Assembly: GCA_051942205.1 (NCBI GenBank)
Contig: JAVECO010000126.1
Location: 1 to 64,000 of the forward strand
DNA length: 64,000 bases
Direction: 5' to 3'
Source: Coniocarpon cinnabarinum
Lineage: Eukaryota
This document shows positions 10,920 through 22,480 of this stretch, piece by piece. The translations under genes were made by a program, and so were the position numbers. Under the pieces are notes generated by a model. The model worked only from the letters and a program-made list of their open reading frames with translations, did not search any database and had not been told where the DNA came from. Within the stretch, counting starts at the first letter, position 1. Every line of letters starts with the position of its first letter.

Positions 10920-13900
10920 TCACAGGAACAAGGCGACGATGAACAAGCCAAGGGCCAGCGTTGAAGCAGCCATGTTGACGGTGCCAGCCTGGCTACGGTA
11001 GAGCACCGGCGATGGTGATGTCCCACCTGGAGATACTGGCGATCCGCCACTGGCACCTGCTGAGCCGGAGCCGGAGCCGCCGGGATATCCGGGCAAGTTG
11101 TAGGAACCTGCAGATTGACTCGACCCACTTGGCGTAGATGAGGGACCGGACATGACAAGTGTGGTGGAGCCCGGCACAATGACAGACACACCGTAGCCAG
11201 CAGGCGGCGCTGGATAATTGGGTGGCAGTACGGGTGAGGCTGATGCATATGCTCCAGCAGCATTGCCCGACGATGGTGCAAGTGTCACCACGGGAGAGTA
11301 TGGTACCACCGCGGTCTGTGTCGATGAGGGTCCAGCGATGGTCACAGTAGCTGATTCGCTGCTAGGGAAGAAGGTGCTGATGTCGAAAGCTGGCACAGAC
11401 GTGGTATATGTGGTTGACGGGCCACCAACAACAATGCCATAAGAGGCTGGTCTGCTGCGGATGGCACCTGAGCCATAAGCTGCAGGGGAGCCAGCGTCGG
11501 ACAACGATGCGGGTACAACACCAGTGAAAGTTGACGAATATCCTGGGAACACACCAGTACCTGTCGGCGATGACCCATAACCAAGGGCTGCGGGCGAAAC
11601 CGTCGTCACCTCGGTTGACCCACCGCCATTCACAATGGTGTAGACTGCAGGAGAGACAGTTGGTGAGGAGTCTGCTCCGTACCCGGCTGGTGGTGTCACT
11701 AGTAGAGTTGGCGTGATAGTTGTGGAGCCTCCTTCTGGATAGCTGACAACTACAGGTGAGTAGCCACCAGGTGAACCGTTTGAGCCCGGTGTGGATCCAG
11801 CAGAGTACTGAGCCGGGGTGACAGTGGTAAGTGGGGTGCCGTTACCGTCAGTGACGACAACTGGCGAAGGGCCACCCGAGCTAGCGCCTGCAGCGCCGTA
11901 TCTTGGGGGCAACGCAACTACTGAGGTGACCGCGTATCCTTCTGGCGCGGTCGCAACAATGGTGGAGCTTGATGGGCCGCCGTAAGGGGCTGCTGTTGGC
12001 GTCACAGTAGTCAGTGGTGACCCAGAAGACCCAGTAATGACAACGGACGATGCTGAGGAGGCACCAGCAGGAATCTCGCCATAGACAGGTGGTAGAGCAA
12101 CAACTGAAGTAACTGAGTAGCCCTCCGGAGCGGTCGCCACGATGGTGGAGCTTGATGGGCCACCGTACGAGGCTGCCGCTGGCGTCACCGTGGTCAGCGG
12201 CGAACCAGAGGAACCAGTAACAACAACCGGGGATGCCGAAGAAGAGCCAGCAGGAACAGCGCCATAGACAGATGGGAGAGCAACAACAGAAGTGACTGAG
12301 TAGCCCTCTGGAGCAGTTGCGACAATGGTGGAACTGGCCGGCCCGCCAGAGAGAGCTGCTGTTGGAATGACTGTTGTCAATGCTGAGCCCGACGAGCCAG
12401 TCACAACGATTGGGGTGACCTCCAGAGAACTGGCAGCAACATCACCCGAGTAAGCCGGCACTGGGAGTATAGAAGTAATTGGAGTGCCAGCAGGACCTGT
12501 GACAACAATGGTGGGCCCCGGCGTGCCTGAACCTGCGCCATAGCTTGGCACAAGTGCAATGCCTGTGGTGATTGGAGTACCTGCTGGACCGGTCACTACC
12601 ACTGTCGAACGCCCACCGCTGAGGGGTTGCGAGCCGTAAGGTGCAGGCGATGGTGCGAAGCCCGTGCTGCCATATGCTGGTGCTGCAGGAAGTGTGGTGG
12701 TCACAGGTGTGCCCGCTGAATCCGTTGCAACGATCACTGTGCTGAACGTTGGCACCGGGTACCCTGAGGGAATCACCAACGTGGAAGCTGGTACGCTGTA
12801 TGTTGATGCGGGTGCGATGCTTGGGGTGTTGGGAACTAGGGTCGTGAAGCCAGAGATCACGGCCGTGGAACTGCCATAGATGAGGCCAGGCGATGGTGGC
12901 ACAACGATCGTGTGACTAGGATACGTGATCGTGGTCCCTGGATACGGTGAACCGATGCCAGACGGGGGACCGTACGCAGGTGCAGTCGAGCCGTACGGAG
13001 GAGCGTAGACGAGAGGTGTAGACAACGTCGTTACGACGGAAGAACCACCAGATACAACAACTGTGTATGACATTGGAGTGGGCATCGCATTCGGCATGCT
13101 TGATGAGACAGGATAGTAGGGCACTACCGTGGCAATTGTCGAGCTCGATGCAATGATCGTCATGCTGTATGGGGATGCGTAAGGGCTGTAGGGACCTGGA
13201 CCGGTTGAAGGGGTGACACCGGGAGCTGGAGAAGATCCGTAGCCCACAGAGGTTGAGCCATACCCAGGCACGACGTATGTTGGTGTGGACGCACCACCGT
13301 AGGTTGGAGCATATGGTGAAGGTCCTGAGCCAGGTGTCGTGTAAACAATCGCGGTTGGACTGGAAGTAGCGTACGCACCAGGTGACGTCGGGGCTGATGG
13401 GCTGGGTCCTGGACCATAGGGCGATGGGTGAGTCGACGCCACTGTGCTTGAGTAGACTGGTGCGCTGGATTGCGGGGTGGGATGGGTTGAGAGAGCCGGG
13501 TTCAGTGAGTACGATGGCACGTTAGAGCCTGATGGACTGTATCTTGACGGGGTGCTTGACACGATGACGTACGGCGTAGGCGTTGCAACGGAGAAAGAGC
13601 TCGGCGCAGTGCCATACGGTGTTGGCGTTGCAATCGACGACGAGCTTGCCGGTGACCCATAAGGTGTAGGCCGCACAACAGATGGAGAGCTTGATGGCGT
13701 GCCGTATGTAGGGGTCGCATAAGACGATGCGCTTGACGGTGTGCCATATGTTGGAGGCGTCGCAGTGAGTGAAGAGCTCGACGGTGCTGCAACGGTAGAG
13801 GACGAGTGGCTCGAAGGTGTCAGGCTGCTTGAGGATGGCACGTAGGAGATCGTTTCACCAATGGAAGCAGTGGGTGTTGTCGTGCTTGGGACGATGGGTG

Positions 13901-14763
13901 TATACCAGCTGGGCGGTGCCGAATACGAGATGGTGGTGGTGAAGTACGGCGTTGGGCTCTCCAGCGTTGGCGAAGGACTTGCCCCATAAGACGACACAGA
14001 CGGGGGTGGTGTACTGTACGTGATCTGAGACGTCGTGGTCTGCGTAAAGGTCGCCGGGCAGATCGATGTCGAGATGACAATGACGTTGGTAGTGGTTGTT
14101 GCGCTGTGACGCAGTGGACAATCAGTGACCTCCGGAGGACAAGTGAAGATTGTGTCGTAGCTGGTAGCGTATGCCGTAGAGGTCGAGACGGTCGGCCAGA
14201 TGGCAGCCACCACAATGTTCGAAGTGTAAGCTCCTGCCACACCAGGTGCCACGGCATGGGCATCGCTTGAGATGGAAGTTGCCGGAAGAGGAGAGCCATA
14301 CACCAAAGACGCAGCTGAGTTAGTGCTAGCCAGCGACCCATACACCAGAGACACAGACGGGGTGGCGTCTGTTGCAGCTGTGATCAAAGCCGGGGGGAAA
14401 GGTGAACCGTACGCCAGCGAAACCGACGAAGAGATGGCAGCTGCTGAGGTGCTCCCGGACGTTGGACTGGCGGGCACGCTTGTCTGGTCTGGTGAGGGTG
14501 TCGGGGAGGGGAAAGAAGATGCGGAAGAAGATGAGCCATAGCCATAAGCGGTAGGTCTGTCAGAATAAGATGCAGCCGGTGAACCATAGGAGGGAACATT
14601 GGCATAAGAGGCCAAGCCCGCATTGTCCTGACGCTCAGCAACGTGTGCCACTGTTGCAAGTCAGCGAGACCACTTGAAGTCATAGAAGAGACTCACCATG
14701 CACAGGAAACCTCATGGCAGAAGCCATAGAAGCTCCAGCAAGGGCAACGCTGATCAGCTGCAT
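10920..14763 (-). CDS. Large Ser/Thr/Pro/Tyr-rich, predicted GPI-anchored cell-wall mucin-like protein
   Basis: Exon 1 14763-14697 encodes signal peptide MQLISVALAGASMASAMRFPVH. A 46-bp intron 14651-14696 (GTGAGT..GCTGAC..CAG) joins in frame to the long ORF. Contains the TCPPEVTDCP...STSICP Cys motif and C-terminal hydrophobic tail AASTLALGLFIVALFL. Confidence 0.88.
11870..12420 (-). repeat. Three 183-bp (61-aa) intragenic repeats in the mucin gene
   Basis: atggtgga anchor at 11959, 12142 and 12325. Peptide unit VVTGSSGSPLTTV..YGGPSSSTIVATAPEGYSVTSVVALP.YG. Confidence 0.88.
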
Positions 14764-15553
14764 CTTGAACAGCAAGTCTCGGTCGTTGACTGCTGGACAA
14801 GGCCGATACCCAGCGAGATTCCTTGCCGTGGGTGGAAAAGGTTGAGATGGGAAGAAGCCGCTGGGTGTCGAGGGAGGCTGGCCAACAACAAGAAGAGGAG
14901 TAGGCAGAGAAGAAGGGACAAGAGGAGATGGAGGGAAGACGGGGTGCAGGAAAAGAGTGGACAAGGTGGAGGAGAGGAGGAGAGAAAGAAGAAGAGAGCA
15001 GGAGGATTGAAATAAGCGATGGGCGACCTAGCAACGGGCGTTGGGCAGGGAGGAGAAGAGAGGAAGGAGAAGGAGGGCAAGCAGGCAACACGAGTACGCA
15101 GCGGTGGGGAAGGAGGGACGGTGGCGTGATGTGGGTGGGACGGTGAGGTGGGTGATGGAGAGGAGGAGAATGGCAAGAGGAGCTCCTCCACTCCTCCACT
15201 CCTCCACTCCTCACCGCCACACCAGCTCAGGCAGCCACCGGCTTGCTGCCTCAACTACCTAGACCTCACCTCCCCAGCTTCCTTCCATGGACAGTGACTT
15301 TGACGTTGACATTGTCGCAATGCATCCTCTGCCTCAGGGACGTGCCTTCTCCAGTACGTTGCCCCGTCTGCAAAGTTCCATTATCCTCCCTCGCCTCTTC
15401 ACCCCCGACTTTTTCCCACCACTCTCGTTGGCATATCCACTTCGACCCCATTTTCACACTGCACTTGTTAGTCCACTGCTCTTCACTTCAGGCATTTCAT
15501 ACTGCATTCGTCCTCCCCATTACCATCTACTCAGCTTCTTCTCCCTTCAAGCA

Positions 15554-16549
15554 ATGCATCTCGCACGTGCCTTCGCCGCTGCCGCTTTGGCTGGCTTTTG
15601 TTAGGCACAAACGGGCATGCCCGAGGCCAGTGTCTCCCTCGACAACAGAGGCGAAGACGGCCGATGCTTGAATGGTGTCACCCAAGGTTGTCCCAGAGAC
15701 CTCCTGACCTCCAGAACAGCCGACGCGTCCGGCATCTCCCCAAAGCTTGATGACTTGGGTAAGATCCAGTTCCCGTCACTCACTCGTCCTCAAGCTCACC
15801 CAATTAGTAGCCAGGTTCTTCCGTCGTCTGATCCCTTTGGACATGATGGACAGCGCTGTGGATAGCAAGCCCCTCGTTGAGCGTGAACACCCCGTGCCCG
15901 TTGTTACGACGTGCACCACAATCGTCACCCGTTTCACGGTCACCGAGACAGTCGAATTCAAGCCTCCGCACCGTCCGACCCCAAACAAGCCACCTCCTGC
16001 TCACCCCACAGCTGTACCTGCTGCCAATTGGTAAGGATTTCATCCCTGTCTCACTTCGCCCTTTCACTAGAGCCTAAGCTGATGTGCCTTCATAGTCCAA
16101 TCACTCAAATTGGAGATGGCCAGCCCCAAGCTCCGGCCTCATGCTTCGCCTCAGCATCTTCCATGGCAGTCGTGCCAGGATCATCGGGCACCAGCTACAT
16201 GCCCATGATTTTCAAGACCACAAAGGGACCTGAGCAAATGTCGTCGAGCTTCACTTCGCAGTCATACTCGAAGGAGTCTAAAACCCTGATCTCTGGAGAA
16301 TATTCAAGATTGACTGCGAAGCCGACACCACCAAGAACGATGCTTGACGGACCACGCGTGACTCCATACAAGTCCAACGTGATGGCTCCTGACATGTCGT
16401 ACTCAGGAACGCTGCCACCTCCTCTTGCGTCTATATTGAGCAGTGTCAAAGTGAGCGAGAGCGTGGCAGTGGGAGCGTCGACTTTCGCCGTCATGTTCAC
16501 TGTCTCCGCCGTCGCTGCGACGATGTACTTGTGGTGGTATTTGGCCTGA
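15554..16549 (+). CDS. Secreted cell-wall protein with a PIR-type motif and hydrophobic C-terminus, interrupted by an in-frame TAG at codon 17 (possible pseudogene)
   Basis: ATG 15554 gives MHLARAFAAAALAGFC*AQTGMPE (TAG 15602-15604). Introns 15759-15810 and 16031-16095 join three track ORFs in frame. Exon 3 has CPITQIGDGQPQA (PIR consensus QIGDGQxQA) and ends VGASTFAVMFTVSAVAATMYLWWYLA. Confidence 0.7.
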
Positions 16550-16890
16550 GATGGAGTGGAATTGACCACCCAAGTGCTCGAAGAGGTGCATAATGCTGTG
16601 GGGCCGCAAGGTGTAGTGCTTGAGAACTTAGTTGCTTGATTAGATATCACCCGCGTTCAATCAACAGGCTCGGTCAGTAATCCGTAATCCATTGTTCTTT
16701 GTTCAGCAGAAGCCCGATTTTGTTGCGATGAAAGGCGGGTGCCGACTCTTCGGTTTTTTAGTCTTGCTGAACACACCGACAATTTAATGATGGCACGCTG
16801 GAATGCTTGGTGACCATTATTTAGAATGTGGTTCGTGCCAAAAGTTACTGAGACTGTTTCACGTCGTCACAACCAATGGCAACAAATCAC

Positions 16891-19800
16891 CTACCCCACG
16901 TCTTTCTTTTTTCTTTCCCACTCACACCTCACGCAACCGCGTCCCCTCAAGACTCGTCCAATCATCTGCATTCTGCTCACCTTCCCGCCCACTCGCCCTC
17001 GCTTTGCAATGCCAATCGGCTCTTGCAAGTCGCTCGCTGCGTTCTCAAGTCTCTGCTCCAGATCTACAATCTGGCGACGATTGCTCGAATCTGAAATAGC
17101 GCTGAGGACGCATGAGAGGTGCAGCACATGGCCGCAGGGATGTGCAATGAGGAAGTCTTGCTTTTCTTCTGAGGAATGTGAGTCTGCACCTGCAGTAGAC
17201 TGGGTGTACACTTCGTCACAGATGGCGCAGACGGGTTTTGTGCCAGTGCGTTGTGATGTCTCAGGAGCTTTGGAATCGTCTGCCGCACCTAGCTGAGTAG
17301 CCATAGATGAAGTGTCCTCCACTTCGAATGGTATACCTTTCTTGCGCGCCGAGATGACTCGTTCCATCACGCCTACGACTTCACCTCTCAGCACTTCCTT
17401 CGCGCCGAGCGCAATGCTCCGCTGGACATCCGCATCTTTGACGAGGCGCTCAAGCGCCGCTTTTAAGCCTGGGATCTTCATGCCTTCAGGTATATATTTG
17501 ACCAGCTCAACTGGATCAATGCCAGTCTCGCCATCCTTCCGAGCAGCTTGCGATGTCAGGGATACATGATACAGAAGACCGCGCAGAAAGAGCGGTCGAG
17601 ACAGGGAGAAAGACAGGAGCTCGTTCCATAGTGAGGGATCGGCGTGCTCGGTGCAGAAATGGATAGCCCACTCGACACGTCGACTCTCGGGATCGTCGTC
17701 GATGCCTGAGTCATTATGGGTAGGTGTCGGAGGGGAAACAGGAGGCTGACCCTCGCCTTCGCAAATCCGCCTCAGTGCCTCTTTCGTCTGACCGGTCGCA
17801 GCAAGAAGGTACACGAGCTCGGCGGTCAATTGGTGAGTCTCGCAAACGGCGCTTGCGTGCTCGAAAGAATACGGTATGGAGCCACCAGCGGCAGGGTCGT
17901 CAACCAGATCACGTGCACGGAGCAGTTCCGAAAGTAGAGACGGCTCGTAGGAGGCGAAAACGGTGACCGCGAGGTCACCGTAAGATGCGAGAAGATGTCG
18001 AGTAGGATTTGTCGAAAGTGTGGGAGCGAAACGAGATCGACGAGATCGATGAGTCTCAATAGATTCGTCAGCGGTAATCGTAATAGCACCCGTCCAAAGT
18101 GCCCGAATGTAGAAGAAAAGAAATCGGTCTGCCTCCGGTGAGTGTTGCTGAAACTGTGAGATGGCGGAGGAGACGGAGATGATGTTCTGAAAAGTGGCAG
18201 TGGCAAGCAGCGTGATTGAATCTGAAGAGATGCTGTCGATTTCAGAGAGAGACGCATGTGTTGATTGCTGAGGTGTGACCCTGATATTGGCAAATTCGTA
18301 CACGATATCAGAGATCGAAGAGAAGAGGTGATGCTCTTTGATAAGGTCGATGGCGGGGTCTGCATTGCGAGTGAGCAGGTAGCAATGCAAAGCGTCGGCT
18401 GGACGGTTGCTGGCGAGATAGAGGTGCGCAAGACAATCTTGAAGGACACGCCAATCACGATTGTCGCTCGACTCGGAACTGGCGCTTTTCGTGCGAGCGG
18501 AGTTGACGCTTTCTAGCTTTGTTTGAATCATCTCCGTGATGTGGTCAATGTTGAAAAGCTCAGTACTCCAATTGTTGACCAGAGCTTGTAGACGAGCACA
18601 GTCATGTTCAATGTAGTGCTCCAAGATGCCTTCGTAACACGCAGGGGAGATGGCCGGCTTCATGCGCTTGGAAGGGACGTGAGAGCTGATCTCATCGAGC
18701 CTATTGGCTTCTGTGAATGTTGCAATCCAGCGCTCCCATTTCTCAGGAAGATCGACTACTTGTCCCGCGACGTGACCGGCTGATTCCCATTTTTCAGCGT
18801 CAACGAGTCTCTGCACCCACATGTCGCCAATGACACGTTTCTCTCGAGCTACAGCGGGCAAACGAGATTTGGCACGAATCGTCATTGCTGAGCTTGTCGA
18901 GGAGCTGTCGTCGTCAAGGAACTCGGCAAGGGTTTCTTGCGCCCTTGAAGGTGTGCCAGGTCGCGACTGCGAGTGTGGAGAGACTTGCTGCGGCACGACG
19001 ACCTCTGGATGTTGATCAACGAATGTCCAAGCTTGTTCATACTTCTCTTGCTCCTTCAGCCAAGCAAGATGATCGCTACCATCACGTTTTACCGATAGCA
19101 GGGCATCGAAGGGGCTCACAATGAAGATCTTCAGGCCAGGTTTGGTGAAAGATGGCGGAAGCCCACGCGAGAGCGACGAACCTGACGATAGTGCAGGAGA
19201 CACAACTGTCGTCGCCTGACTGGTAGTGGTGCTCCTTCGATCCGATGCCACATCGCTGCTGGAACTACTCATAACACTTGCACCTGAGCTGAACAATCGG
19301 GTTGCATTCTTGCTCACATCCCACAAGCCGTCTCCGAAGACACCAAGGGAGCTTCGCGAATCCGCTGCTGACGACTTCTTCGTCGAAAAGAATATCGTCG
19401 TCAAGTGATAATCTGTAAAGGACAGGCTTTGATATCGATCAAGTTTCGAGAGAACATCGCTGTCGAGCTCTTCACTTTGCTTACTGGAGATGTCAATCAG
19501 TCGCAGCTCAGGTGGCATCCCATTTCGCCGTCTTTGAATCCCTTTCCTTTTGGTGTCCTGATGTGATGAAAGGGGTCTGTCATTATCGTCTCGCGTTCTA
19601 TAAATCAACGCTAAAAGCAAATGTGGGGTATATAGCGATAAACCAGATATAACGCCGTCGTCAAATTTGAATCTGAACATCGTAAGCATCGTCCACCATT
19701 TCGAGGTTTTTCTGATACGCACTGATGCACAATGTCCGGTGTTTTGAAACCTTTCTCGCCACGTGATCTCGGTGCGCTTCCTTCGCCGAAGACATGCAAA

Positions 19801-21011
19801 AGCCAAACGGCGTCTCCCCAGCCCACCAGCAGCTTCTCAGTCCGCTTTTCGGCCTTCGCGACGCCGTTTGGCTCAGTCTTGGCGACTTCGTCTTTTTCGA
19901 GATATCTGTCGTCCATCCACTGCACCTTTGCCTTCCACACGGCACTGTTGTCTTCCCAAACCGTTCTTCTCGGCTTGTCAACATGCCCTATTCGTTTCCA
20001 AACAATCTCTTGATCCTCCGTGCCGAGACCAATTGGGCTGCGCATGATCTTGATGCCTGTTTCGTTGACCCATGCAACGAATCGACCGCTTAAACTCCAC
20101 CGAATCGCACTGATAGGACCTTCGCCCTGATGTCGAATGACGTCGCGGCCTGTCGAACCTCCAAGTCCAATCTGACCCAGCCATGCAGAGGCTGCTGCTG
20201 CGCTGTTGATTGTGTTTGCATCCTCACGCCCTCCCTGCTTACCGCCCGTGGTGTATATCAATTGCCCGGACAGCCCACCGGATAGGTATGATCGAGAGGT
20301 CTTGAAGTCTGGTGATAGTGCGATGGCTTGTACTGGTCGAGAGAAGTTACGCAGCGTGACGTCGGCAGGATCTGTGAGGGAAGAGACGCAGACATGGCCG
20401 TCGATGGATGAAGTTCCGATGTGAATCAAATTGGAGGGAGTGTGGGGGGGACCAGAAGGTGTCGGGCGGGGACGCTTGACATTCGGTGAAACATTCGAAA
20501 CTGATCTGATTGAAGAAGCTGTTGGAGTTCTCGCAGGTGTAGACGGTCGCCCTTGTTCTTGATCGGACGCAGCTTGGAAATCTTGAGGACCTGGCGTTGA
20601 CGAAATTGATGGCGAAAAAGGAGAGACAGAGATCGATGTGATTGACGCTGAATGCGCATTGTACGATCTGAGAAGCTCAAGCGTGGGCAAAGCGTAGACA
20701 TGGACGTTCCCATTGTGGGTACCGACGATGAACTTGTCTCCACTTGACAGGGATGCGCTAATCGAGTCTTTGCCCTTGAAAGCCTGACCGAGATGACCTG
20801 TGAGCTTTGTGTACTTCAGTCGGGGCTCCGCGTCTTCGTCTTCGTCTTCGTCTTCTCCATCAGAGCTCCGGACTGCATCTTCCTGCGTATTGGATACACT
20901 GTCCGTGGGTGCTATCGCTGAGGAATCCTTGGCCGCCTGAGGGCTGGAAACGTCGGTGGAAGACTTTGGCAGTTTTTCTTTGCCCTTGTCTCCTCCATCC
21001 TCTTCTGCCAT
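16891..21011 (-). CDS. VPS41: Vacuolar protein sorting 41 (HOPS subunit)
   Basis: ATG 21011. EPRLKYTKL, VGTHNGNVH, SSIDGHVCV, NFSRPVQAIALSPDFK WD40 region. 50-bp intron 19673-19722 joins the two long ORFs. Clathrin-like repeat (FCTEHADPSLWNELL, IPEGMKIPGLK) and C-terminal RING-H2 (CAIC...CGHVLHLSC...CVRC). Confidence 0.92.
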
Positions 21012-21319
21012 TGCCTGTCCATTGCCTAAGGGACTTGGAGTCCGTAGATGAACGCTGCTCAACGCGAGCAATGAGGTCAAGCGCGGAAATCTTATCTCCG
21101 AGATGCTGGCTTAAAGCCGCTCTTTCATCTCAACCTTCAACAGCAGATGCTGAAACAAATATGCAGGATGTCTAACCATTATACAAAACTAATCAGCTTT
21201 CAGGCTTAATCTTGACGCAACCTGTCTAGATTTTCGAATCGCTGTTATCTGGAGCTATCTGTTCAGCAGAGGCTGCATCCACCTGCCTCCTGTTCAGCAC
21301 CTTGGCCGCAACCTCACGA

Positions 21320-22480
21320 ATGTCCACCCTCCCTCGACTGCACTCTCACCCAAATCCATATGCCTCCACCGCCTATCCCGCCTCGACGACATCCTCTACA
21401 TATGACTTTCCCACCAGCAGCGCCGGTCCCAGTACCAGCTATGGCGCCTACGCGAGCGGTCCAAGCCGGCGGAATAGCTACTATCGCGGCGGAAGCGGCG
21501 GCGGGTTTCCCAAGATCCTGAAGCGGATGTTCAAATTTCCGCAAATGGACTTTGAAGTGGCGATCTGGGAGATGACGCATTTGATGGTGGCGCCGAGGAA
21601 GGTGTTTCGGAATTTGTATTATCAAAGGCGTATGTTTAGTCCTTGATCTGTTTGCGCTTGTTGGTATACTGCGCAAGCAGGCAGAAAGACGTGGAGCACG
21701 CGATGCTGACTAGGAGCAGAGACAAAATCACCTAATACACCCCACGATCCTGCGTTACCATACCTCACGCTCTTATTCCAACTCCTCGCCGGATTAGCCT
21801 GGTCACTCGCCTATTCTCCCTCACATACAATAGCCATTCTCTCCTCCTTCCTCCTCATACAATCAACCGGCTACGTCCTCCTCCTCTCAACCTTATCCTT
21901 CTACCTCATCCCAAAGCTCTTCGGACCCGGCGGCCTGCTCCGGGACTGGCAATTAGGATCAAGCGGCCGAACTTTGCTTGGAAAGAGAAGAAGAGGTCTC
22001 TTTAGGAACATGCCCGTTGGAGAAGACGGTGAAGGCGGCGGCTTCGGCTGGGGCTACGCCTTCGACGTGAGTTTGCGATCCTACGTCCCGTTGCTGATCT
22101 ACCTCTCATTACTGCAATTTCTCCTCATGCCGCTCATCTCTACGCCGTCGGGGCATACGTACCTCTCAGCGACGCTGTCGAATGTCATACATGGAATCGC
22201 ATTTACACACGCGCTCTATGTCATGTTCCTGGGCTACTCGGCGCTGCCCTTCTTACAGAACACACAAGTGCTTCTTGTACCCGGAGTGGCGGTCGTGTGG
22301 GGAACGGTGGTGGTGATGAGTGCGGTTGGTGTTGGCATGACTGGGCGGAGAGGCATGGTGGGATGGGTCCCAGGGTTGAGCACGCCGCCGATGCCTCCGC
22401 CACCACCGGCGGATGTCCCATCTCCACCTCCACCGCCTCCGGACGCAGGAGCACCGCCACCGAGAATGTTCATGTTTTGA
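21320..22480 (+). CDS. UNC-50/Gmh1 family Golgi membrane protein
   Basis: KRMFKFPQMDFEVAIWEMTHLMVAPRKVFRNLYY; intron 21630-21719; then QTK...DPALPYL, WGYAFDV, FLGYSALPFLQNT. Several transmembrane segments. Confidence 0.88.

Noticed and set aside
14693..15262. Several overlapping 70-175 aa ORFs in the GA/CT-rich spacer
   Set aside because: Low-complexity purine/pyrimidine tract (promoter/5'UTR) that is naturally poor in stop codons.
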